Of a DNA stretch of 64,000 bases, positions 40,716 to 51,407 are shown piece after piece. The notes beneath the pieces were generated by a model, which did not search any database, had not been told where the DNA came from, and saw only the letters and a list, made by a program, of their open reading frames with translations. Position 1 is the stretch's first letter, and each line of letters opens with the position of its first letter. Made by a program: the position numbers and the translations under genes. The stretch is from Mobula hypostoma (lineage: Eukaryota): the NCBI RefSeq assembly GCF_963921235.1, contig NC_086097.1, positions 225,496,001 to 225,560,000 on the forward strand. Direction: 5' to 3'.

Positions 40716-41902
40716 TGTTGTGGCACACTCACAACAGACTGGACCCAGGTGTGGAGGAGCAGCATGATCCCCAGGATGAGGTAGAACCAAGAAATCAAAC
40801 ATTGGAATCAGAGCCTCAGAGGAGCAACTGAGCAGCACCACAAGGCAATTCATCCTCTCCAACACAATGACCCCACTAATGCACTGAATGGGAGACCTCT
40901 TTAAATAAAGATAGAACCCAGGAAACTTGGGCCAGTTACAATTAAGTTGACAAGATTAAATTGAAAGCACAAAAGCTTAACAACTCTAGATAAAGGTATT
41001 GATTAGTAAATGCAGGTACTCAAAAACCTCAGGAGATCAATGCTTCATGGCAAGCCACAGAACTCACAACAGTTTCTCCCCAACTAAGGCCAGCAGCTAA
41101 CAGCACAGACAGCTCTGAGAAACACAAGGCAGACCTAGAGCTTGAGACAATACTGGGATTTCCAGAGCAGCTCTGCTGTTCCCAAGGAAGATCAGAAAAA
41201 AAAAAATACAATCCCAATCACTTGGTGCAGGGCTGGAAAATCTCAAACAGCTCTGGGGAAACAACACAGGTCAGACCTGGAGTTCAAAACATAGCATACA
41301 ACTTAAAAACAATGCATTTTACTTGGATGCTTTGCAAGATCAAATAGTTCTAAGATATTGTATTTCAGTTGGAAGCATAGCAAGATCACTTAAGTTTGGA
41401 ACCATTGCATTTGACTCAGAAACATAACATATAACACAGGAAAAAAGGCATAACATGGGAGAACTTACAAACCTTGTAGATTCAGAGAACCTCAGAAAAA
41501 ATCTTGAGCATAGACAGGAGAAGCTCAGAACCTCCACTGGGTCCATATTAGTGGGGTTATTCAGTCATGATGCACTCAAAAAGGATCAAGCCCAGGTCCA
41601 GAGATACAACAGGTTCCCCCAGAAGAGATGGAACCAAGAGATCAAACATTAGAACCAGCACCTCAGAAGAGAAGTAACACAAGACAATTCATCCTCTCCA
41701 ACACAATTACCCCAGTAAGTCAATGACTGGGAGGCCCCTTTAAATAATCATGGGAATCCAGGAACTATGTGCCAGTAACAATTAACTTGACAAGATAAAA
41801 CTGAAACCACAAGGGCTTAAACAACTCTATTTAAGATATTGATACAGGTGTTCAAGAGACCTGATGCTCAACACTCTGTGGCAAACCCCAGGGCTCATGA
41901 CA
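40716..41902 (-). mobile_element. Non-autonomous miniature LTR retrotransposon (TRIM-like): LTRs 41563-41902 (5') and 40716-41071 (3'), ~490-bp internal region
   Basis: Two diverged ~350-bp direct repeats, each with 7-bp terminal inverted repeats; TSD ATAGC at 40711-40715 and 41903-41907; PPT-like GGGGAGAAAC next to the 3' LTR; PBS then ATGGACCCA (MDP) next to the 5' LTR. Confidence 0.85.
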
Positions 41903-42226
41903 ATAGCAGGGTCAAGTATTGTTTCAGGACAAATAGCTATGATTTAATCCTGCTGGTGGACAGGTCCAAGTTCCTATACGAACTAGAGGAACGGTTTGTC
42001 TAAATATGCCATCAGAAACAATAATTCTCTTTGTAAAAAAAATTGTTCGGAAGTATTTATTCCAAGAAAAGACTTCATTATAATCAGGAAGTAACTGTTT
42101 ATAAAGAATCTTTAAGTTTTAGGCTTTTCGTTTGCAGGTGGCAACAACAGAAAATGGCCACTAGGCAGATGGAGCAAAAGTATGCAAATTTATTTGGAGT
42201 CATAGAGTTATAGAAAAGTACAGCTC

Positions 42227-43744
42227 TCTCTTAAAATATGGAAAACTATTATAAAATAATAAAAACTAGAGTGAGACATTGCAATTCTTAAATGGTGTGC
42301 ATATGACTCAGATTTTACACCGAACAAACTGGATGCTAGATTTAAGGACCGGACAGCTAAAGGAATAACCGTTCTTTGCAATATAATGAAAGAAGGAACA
42401 CTGTTCAGTTTTGAAATGCTCAAAGAGAAACACTTATTAGAAAAACAAGACTTTTATCAGTATTTACAGATGCGACAGTATGTTAACAGGACTGTTAGAA
42501 ATGTAACCAAGGCAAGTACATGTCTGATAGAGCTATTTAGAAAAGCATATAATTCAGACAACAGTGGTAGAATAATTTCAAGAGCGTATAAGGGTTTGTC
42601 AAATCTTAAAACACATTCGACTTCATACATTAAAACAAAATGGGAGGAGGAAGGAGGGATAATAATATCTGAGGAAGAATGGACAATAATATGGAGGTAT
42701 CAATGGAAGTGTACCAGTTCACAGAAATGGAGGGAGTTCGGGTGGAAAACCTTGATAAGATATTTTATTACACCCCCTCAGAAATCCCATTATGATAGTA
42801 ACCTCCCTGTGTGAGGGAGAAATTGTGGAAATCAAAATGCAAACCATTATCATATTTTCTGGGAATGCCCCATTATCAAAGACTATTGGAGTGGGATACA
42901 CAATGCCCTACAAGACATCTTTAAATGTGAAATACCCTTAGAAAGTAAGACCATATATTTTGGGTATATACCGCAAGAATGGTTGAAAAGAGATAAATAT
43001 TTAATGAATATACTGCTGGTGGCTGGTAAAAAGACCCTTACCAGGAAATGGTTATCACAGGAGCGCCCACTTTAAATGAATGGATGGAAATTACAATAGA
43101 CATTTACAAAATGGAGAAGATAACCACATCTGTTACTCATAAGTTGGAACAATTTGATACATACTGGGAAAAATGGTTTAACTACATAACACCTCATAGG
43201 CCTGATTTTATTCTCACAAGTCAATGAATATGTTGCAAAAAAAAGATCACTCCCTACTCTGTACATAGCTTTATTCTTTTGATTGTACTTTCTTTCTTCT
43301 CCTTCCTGTAAGTGTATACCTGAGATAAATATTATGTGGAGATTTGTGACAAATATGACTATATGACTGTGGTCAGGCACGGCAGGGAGAGTTTTTCTTC
43401 CTTCTCCCGTCTGCGTGAGATATGGGACATTTGAGAGACTTTGAACTTTTTGCTGTGCTCATGGACTTCTTCATCAAGTTATGGTATTGTTGCACTGTTG
43501 TACCCGTATGTTATAATTATGTGGTTTTGTTAGTTTTTTTAGTCTTGGTCTGTCCTGTGTTTTGTGATAGCACACCGGAGGAAATATTGTATCATTTCTC
43601 AATGCATGCATTACTAAATGACAATAAAAAATGACTGCATGTCTTCATAATCAAATATGATATATATGTACAGTATCTGAAATACATCTTATGGAAAGTT
43701 TTGCTTGATGATGAACTTCAATAAAAAATAAATTACAATAAAAA
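42227..43744 (+). mobile_element. 5'-truncated L1/Tx1-clade LINE (ORF2 C-terminus with zinc knuckle, 3'UTR, polyA)
   Basis: ...KTKWEEEGG...RNCGNQNANHYHIFWECPIIKDYW; AATAAA and A tail; 15-bp TSD agaa(a/g)agtacagctc at 42212-42226 and 43745-43759. Confidence 0.9.
43368..43652 (+). mobile_element. 3' fragment of the 14.9-kb non-autonomous element, nested in the L1 3'UTR
   Basis: ggcagggagagtttttcttc...gtctgcgtgagat...atgcatgcatta matches 15275-15530. Flanked by duplicated caaatatga. Confidence 0.75.
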
Positions 43745-45412
43745 AGAAGAGTACAGCTCAGAAACAGGCCCTTGGGCCCTTCTAGTCAGTGCAGAACCAT
43801 CTAAAAAGTCTACTCCCATCGACCTGCATCAGGACCATAGCCCTCCATACCCCTAGCATCCAAACTTCTCTTAAACATTGAAATTGAACTCGCATGCACC
43901 ACTTGTGCTGGCAGCTCGTAGCACACTCTCATGTCCCTCTGAGTGAAGATGTTTACCTCATGTTCCCAATGTGTTGAAGTATAGTGGAAGAGCAGAAACA
44001 GAATTCTTTATTTTTCTGTTTACACCATTTATGTACTTTATTTATGGCTATGTTGTTTAGTTTAACAGTCACAGGAGACTCACCTTTTTGCATACAGTAG
44101 AGAAGTGCTGAACACAAAGATTTTGCTGCAAGCTTGCTTACTAACTTTGCTTATGTTTCCTTGTCCTGTAGTCAAAATTTCCCCCATCATACAAATTTTT
44201 GGACATGATTATGGCTTCTTTAGAAAACTACTATATGGGCATAAACTTATGCCGCACGTGATCTTCGTCCGAGAGGAGTGCTTTGTGAAACATAGAGTGC
44301 CTGTTAGAATGAGTATTTTGTTGAATTTTAAATTATTATACAATAACGTATAACAAATTTAGGTTTTTACAAAGATTGAAACTACAATGCAGATTATGCC
44401 CATTTGAGGATGACTAGCTCTTCAATTGCAGTTATCTCCAATAATCCCATTTCCTTGATCATTCTCCATATCCTTTGATATTTCCTCTTTCAAAGACTTA
44501 ACACATTGCCTTTAAATGATTTTATAGTCTCTGCCTCAACAGCTACTTGTGGCAAAGCATTCCAAGTTCTAATAACCCTCAGTGTGGAAAGATTTATTCT
44601 AATCTCACATTCACTCTTCCATTGATTATTTAAGTTGATCTGCTTCTGCCACCAATTTGCTAAGAACTTAATATGTCCATTGCTTTCATAATCTTGAAAA
44701 TCTCAATTAGATTTCCTCTTACATTTCTACATTTTCTAATGAAAATGAACATTATCCTGATATTAAATGATCTTTCTTTGGAACATAAATGATATTTTAA
44801 CATTTAAATTGAGATAGAAGTCGGTTACCTATACCCCTGCTCTTAAATGACTGCACTGCTGCTTCTATTACTACCTGGTGACATCCTGCCATTTTGCAAT
44901 GTGTTCACAGTGCAAATATTTTAGCATAGAACACAGAACATTAAAGCACAGTACAGGCCCTTTGGCCCACAATGTTGTGCTGAATTTATAACCTACTTTG
45001 AGATCAATCTAACCCTTTCTTCACATATAGCCCTCCACTTTTCTTTCAATCATGTGCCTATTACCTGTCAACCATCAGTTATTACCCATCAACATTAGGC
45101 TGTTGAGCCAGAGGGGATAACTATACTCACCCCACCACTAAGCTGATTCCACAACCTATGGACAACCTGTGGACTCACTTTTAAGGACTCTACTACTCAC
45201 ATTCTCGATATATATTGCTTATTTATTTATTTCTTATAATAATTAGTTTTCTCTTTCTTGTATTTGCATATCCTGTCGTCTTTTGCACATTGGTCGTTTG
45301 TGTGTATTTGTTGTGTGTGTTTTCATTGAATGCCTACAAGAAAATGAATTCTCAGGGTAGAATATGGTGACATATACTGTAAGTATTTTGATAATAAATT
45401 TACTTTGAGCTT

Positions 45413-45672
45413 TAGGCCAGGCTGCATCTATTAGGAGGAGGTGCAGTCGACATTTCGAGCCGAGACCCTTCGTCAGGCCTAACTGAAAGAATCTGACGAA
45501 GGGTCTCAGCCTGAAACGTCAACTGTATCTCTTCCTAGAGATGCTGCCTGGCTTGCTGCGTTCACCAGCAACTTTGATGTGTGTTGCTTGAATTTCCAGC
45601 ATCTGCAGAATTCCTGTTGTTTGAAAGAATCTTTTACTAGCTCTTCTTTCAGTTAGTCCTTACGAAGGGCTC
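45413..45672. mobile_element. Penelope-like inverted terminal repeats with hammerhead motifs on both strands
   Basis: Arms ~45413-45476 and 45493-45554 are near reverse complements. A third partial copy lies at ~45650-45670. Confidence 0.8.
45444..45481 (-). ncRNA. Putative minimal type I hammerhead ribozyme
   Basis: UAGGC CUGACGA A GGGU-CUCG-GCUC GAAAU GUC GACUG: core boxes CUGANGA and GAAA, GUC cleavage triplet, stem II paired, stem I 4/5 paired. Confidence 0.6.
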
Positions 45673-46859
45673 CCTTGTATTAGCCATTTTCATCCTGGGA
45701 AAAGTTCTCTGGGTATCCACTTAGTAGTCTGTATGCATCTTATCATCTTGTAAAGTCTATCAAATATTTTCTCAAATATTAATAAGAAATACCACGTTAG
45801 GAGTGGAAATAAACCACGGTTTTACCCTTAATGCACTGTTTAAATTTGACCAAAGAAAAGGTGAAACTGTTGCCAACTTCAGCTACCATAGAGATAATAT
45901 CTTTAATTTAACAAACAATAGCAGAAGCATTGGTTACACCTGAAAAAGTTGAGCAAAATTTTGACAACATTTGACCTCTCAGAGCCTCATACAAATAGTG
46001 AGATGTTCTGTTGAAGTCAAGGACTACCAGTCACAGGCACTTGTCCTCCTGGCTTTTAACAAATAACAATTCATTTTAATTAGTGACAGAGGACCACAGC
46101 AGAACAGAGCAGAGAAGATTAAGGCAAGATCTGAAGGATGCAAAGCCTTTCAATATATTATCCCCATTAGGCAGACCAGATTATAAGAACCTCTGTCCTC
46201 AACAATGTGAGAAAACTAAAGAGGTAAAAATAAATCAGCATCACTTTTCCTTACTCATTTTTAGACAGGCACATTTGCCTGAGAAATTTTAACAGTTGCT
46301 GTGCAAAATTGGCATAGGTTCCACGATATGCTTTTGGATCATTTGGGTGGCTATTCCAGAATCTGTAGTAGTATCACTCTAGTTGCTGTCTGAATGTGCA
46401 AATTGACTTAAAGAAGCACACTCTTCTTCTCTGTTTGAAAATCAAAAGTTCTTTTCAGTGTTTCAGTGATCCTCAATAGATGGATTTCCTGTACTTTGGT
46501 GGATAAGGTGATCCTTTGAGTAAAGATTGTTTTGAGATGGAGAAGTGTGGAATAAATGAACAGAACTTGGAATGAGAGCAAAGCTCATGATAGAGTCATC
46601 TGTATATGAACAAATTATGACATCATCAATCTGTTCAATGGGATGCATTCCTAGAAAAAAATTAATTGAGTTAAACCACGTAAATCAGAAAGGCTGAGTG
46701 AAAAGCATCATTGGCATTTCAATCTTATATATTATTATGTGTAGGATGATGGTGATAGGTGTGATTGTGGTTGTTAGTGGTGGTGCGAGGTGAGGGGCTA
46801 GAAGAGGGAGAAATAGGAACAGATTCAGTTTAGCCAATGGGGCCCACTGTGAATTTGGA

Positions 46860-47240
46860 AACAGACAATGGTGCGTTGAATGTGGTCCAGATTACAGAAG
46901 CTGGAAGATAGAAAGTCAGTCAGGAAAATGATAGAGTTATCAACTCCAGAAGTAACAAAGAGATGGATGAGAATTTCAGTAGCAGATATGGCAGAACAGG
47001 AATTGGACAATGTTTTGGACATGGAAGAAGCTGGTATTGATGACCATGTGGTCCGACACTCTCCTGTAGATCACACTGGACACCAAAGATGCAAGCAGTC
47101 TGCTCAGCCACATAGTTAATAGCGAGGAATTGGAAGTTGCATTCTCTGCTGATAGTGAAGGAGTGGAGTTTATGACAGGGATGAAAATTGGTATTTCTCT
47201 TTAGAGTAAATTTATGCTCATCCAATGCTGAACACCAGAC
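46860..47240 (-). mobile_element. Old L2 LINE C-terminal remnant
   Basis: ATEILIHLFVTSGVDNS...CNLDHIQ resembles the L2 motif LIHAFVTSRLDY.N. Confidence 0.65.
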
Positions 47241-47463
47241 CTGCACTGGAATTTGACAAACTAGAGGCGAATCCATATAGGAGATGTCTTGACAGGCCTT
47301 TTCAGTGAATAAATTGCTACGTACCAGGAATTACTGTACATATTATTTAATAGGGAATATACATTACCCTGAGATTGTTTAGTCCCTAAAACTTGCTCAA
47401 ATTGTTTCTGAAATATTTTGAAACTACTGATTAACTCAATAGCAATTTAAAAAATCCAATATT

Positions 47464-50400
47464 TGTCAGGAAGTGTAGAGGAGGCTTGACCCAAAAGCAG
47501 AGCAACAGAGACTATTGAAGGATGATCAATAACTTCGATGGTAGACTGCACAAGTAACAAGCTATGAAGGGCCACAAAACAAGGGAGCAGAGATACCAAA
47601 TACCACAGGCAACAAGGTAACTGAAGGCTAGCAGCAATTGTTTGGTTCAATGAGTAAACAAGGACCATGGATGGATTTAAATAGGCACCAGATGATGAGA
47701 TGGTAATGAATGGCATGTGACTCCTCTTAGCTGGGTGGAGGCTGGGAGGTGCCTGTCTGTGCAGGCCTGACAGACACTGCTCCTACAGCCAGCACATGAT
47801 AATCCAGCCCAATCCAGATGGGTCTGGTAGAGCTCCTTGATGTGCTAAGGATCTAAAATGAAACCAGATGGCACATAAGACCTCTCCTCTGTGCCGTACC
47901 CTTTCCAGTCAACCCAGGTACTGCACACCCCATCCACAATGACGTGAATCTACCAACCAGAAAACTGTGTACACTGGATCACCTTACACCATCCTAGATT
48001 CCCGAGGTGCAGGCTCAGGTAGGTTGAGTGGTCCATCGACAACTGGCTTGAAGCAGAACACGTGGAAGGTAGGTGTGATCCTGCGGGATGGTGGCAGCTG
48101 GAGAAGGTAATTAATTGACTGGACTGTTGCATTGGGTAATCTTGAAAGGACCAATGAATCAGGGTGAGAGCATGCAGGAGTTGGTGCAGAAGGGCAGATC
48201 TTTGATGTACAGCCAGACACGGTCCTCATGCTGGAGCACCACAGGTGGGTGGCAATGGGCATGGTTGGCAGCTAGGATGGACCTCCATTTTCCAAACTTT
48301 CTAGCAGTGGTAAATCAGGTCCTGGCAGATGAGATCTCTACCACTGTCTCCTCTTTGGGTAACAATGGTAGTCGTGAAGCTCTTTAAAAGGAGCCATACC
48401 ATAACAGAGGAAGTGTGTAGATTGTGGGAGAATTCAGTCCAGAGCAGATACTTCTTCCACGTGGAAGGGTTAGAGGCAGCGAAGCATTGGAGAAACTTCT
48501 CCATTTGCTGATTGGCTCTTTCTGACTGACTGTTGGTCTGTGGATAATTGCCAGAGGACAAACTCATTGAGGTGTGGAGGAGGGAACAGAAAGCTTTCCA
48601 GAAGTGGGAGATAAATTGTGAGCGTCAATGTCCTGGGGAAGCCGTGAAGATGGACCACATCTTGGAGAACCAGTCCTCTGTCTTAGCGGCTTAGTGTTTT
48701 CAGGAGAGCAATGAAATGGGCTGCCCTGGAGAACCAGTCCACAACTGTCATGATCACTGTGGCCTCTTCTGAAGGTCGCAAACCAGTGATGAAATCCATA
48801 GTGATGTGGAACTATGGGTGTCAGGGCCGTGGGAGCTCAGAGGGCCGCTAGTTTAAGGAATTTGACTAGGTGCATTGAGGGAAGGAAGTGACAAACTGAC
48901 ATATATCTACAATTATGGTGGGCCACCAGAATGGGTGTCTGTCATACCTGGATGTAAGAGAGTGATGTACATACAGTTGTCAGGTGTGTCACCCAGAGCA
49001 GGCTCCTGCTGTAGGGCCAGGCGGATCTAGCCCTCAAGATCACAGACACCTGGGGCGAGGAGCTGGGAAGAGGGAATAATGGGCTGACGGTCATTCTCCA
49101 TTTCTGCTGGGCTGAACTGTCATGACAGGACATCCACCTTAATGTTCTAGGAGCTGGATCTAAAACCACTAAGGATATAACTCTGGAAGGAAATGACTGA
49201 GGTGTGAAACAGGAACTTGCAGCGCAAGGGGTTTTCAGGGAGATACTGAAGGACTGAATGTGACAGACATGGTCTTGGAGGTCATTGGAGAAGATGAGAA
49301 TGCCATTGAGGTGGAGGAACACATACCTGTGTAGCATGTCTTGGAGGATTTCATCAGTGAAGGCTTGGTAAACGGCTGGACTATTGGAAAGTCTGAAAGG
49401 CATCATCAGTATTCGTAGCAGCCAATGGGTGTTATGGATGCAGATCAAGTTGTATGTGCTCTGTAGATCCAGTTCAGTGAAGATCTGGGCCCTACAGAGC
49501 ACTTCAAGTCAAGGGGAGAGAGTAGCATTCTTTATGGCGATTTTGTTGAGTCCATGGTAGTCGATGCAGGGATGGCCCCATTGTTCTTTTTGACAAAGAT
49601 GAGCCCTGCACCAGCTGGAGACATGGATGGGTGAATGAAGCTGTGCGATAGCATTTCAGCTATTTAGTGATTCATGGCTTGGATCTCAGGAGGGGAGAGG
49701 GAGTACCTGGGAGGTGGTCGATCATGAAGTCTGTGAAGCGGCGTGTTGCTGGCTGCTCTTTTACTGAAGGTGATGGCTAAGTCATGGTATTCATGTGGGA
49801 GTTTGATGATAACAAGATTTTCCTCTGTTTTCATGAATTTACAGGGTGAAGTCACTTGAGGTTGGAGACGTGAGTCTCCAATTCAGCAGTGAACCAGATG
49901 ACCGGGTGAATGAGGATCGTGCAAAGAGAACCAGGGGTAACCCAATATGAGAGGAGTATTGGATGGATATCGAATAAAGAGAAATTGGATTTTGTCTGGT
50001 GCACTCCCATGCTCATTTGCACAGGCCACGTGCTTGGTCTTACTATTTCAGTCCCCGTGGGATGAACGTCACTAGCCACGATGCAGAAGGAGTGAGAGAT
50101 AGACTCGGTAGGGAGTCCAGGCAGACAGTCTGATCCATAAAGTTGCCAGCTGTGCCGGAATCCACCAGCGTCTCCTGTGTCCAGAGAGATATCAGGGTAC
50201 AGAGAGTTGAGTTATAGTGCTGGAATGAGAGCGCTGGGGGGAGCTCACCAGATAGAAGCACCTAGTGTGCCATTTCCCAGACACAGTGGGCATTTGATGC
50301 ATGAGGGACCAGCTGATGCATGCATAGCAAGCACATGAGTTGTTTCTCCACTGATGCTCATGCTCTTGGGTTAAAGGATCTCTCCCTAACTGCATGGTCT

Positions 50401-51407
50401 CTGGAGGTATTGCTGAAGGGTCCTATGGCCGGAAATGGATTTGGTAAGGGAACTGAGGTTCTGGCTGGTGATCTGGAGGGGCATTCCATAAGACACTTGT
50501 CAATACAGAGAGCCAGGGTGGTGAGGCATTCCAGGTCGGTCGGCATCTCCCGGGTAGATAGCTAGTCCTTCAAGCACTCAAAAGGCTGTGATATAGCCAG
50601 CAGCACATTCCAGCCACACTTCGCCGTGAGGGTCCTGAATGTCATGGTGTAATCCGGCACTGAGCGTGAGCCTTGACACAGGTGAACTGACCGATTCGCT
50701 GCCGACTTCCCGGATGGTCAAAAACCCAGCGTATCTCAATGGTGAATTCTTTATAGTTATTGAAAATGGTAGTTTTATTGTTCCATTTAGAGGTGGCCTC
50801 GGATATAGCTTGCCCAGTCAAGAGAGAGAGAGATGACAAGGACAATATTGGTTCAGTATTTGGAACACAGAGATAGCTAGATCTAAAGCTACAAGATGAA
50901 CTGGGACAGGTGGGGGATCGATTGAAGCATTCAGGCACCAGAATCTGGGGCTCTGAGGGAGGGGGTTGACTGGTTCGTGGTTGCTGTAATGAAACAATGA
51001 GTTGGCTGAGAGTGGTGAACAGAGGGTCATTGGATTTCTGCTGCTGCTGGATTATGTAACCACTTTGGTGGACCCTGTTGTTTCTATTGCTATTTCACCC
51101 TTCCTGTTAGGAACTGTAGAGGAAGCTTGACCTAAAGGCAGAGCTGTGGGGACAAGTTAACAATGAATGATAACTTTAATAATAGATTGTAAAAATAACA
51201 AGCCACAAGGGGCCAAAAACCAAGAGAAAATATATACTAAACACTGCAGTCAATGAGGTAATTGAAGGCTAGAAGCAACTTGTTCATGCTGGCTGGTTCG
51301 ATGAGTGAAAAAATACTGTGGATGAGAGCTGGGTTTAAATAGGCTGCAGGTGATAAGTTGAAAGCGAGTGGCTGGTGACTCCTGTTAGCTGGGTGGAGAC
51401 TGGAACA
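47464..51407 (-). mobile_element. Decayed Tf1/sushi-type chromovirus (Gypsy) with both LTRs (3' 47464-47772; 5' ~51105-51407, truncated)
   Basis: LTR termini TGTCAGG...CCTGACA; gag PECFNRSP, LLTGQA; protease LVDSGTAGNFMD; RT IFTELDLQSTYNLI, MPFRLSNSPAVYQ; integrase YPQTNSQSERANQQME; chromodomain [15 protein letters not shown] at ~47850-47915. Confidence 0.9.

Noticed and set aside
41340..41546. 68-aa ORF starting MDPVE inside the miniature LTR element
   Set aside because: Only the start resembles a gag N-terminus; no domain motifs, so not called a functional CDS.
46084..46223. AG...GT-bounded open frame (TEDHSRTEQRRLRQDLK...)
   Set aside because: Weak pyrimidine tract and donor, no recognisable protein similarity; compatible with chance.
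47464..51407. Domesticated sushi-derived gene (PEG10/RTL-like)
   Set aside because: Numerous stops, frameshifts, decayed catalytic motifs and retained LTRs indicate neutral decay.
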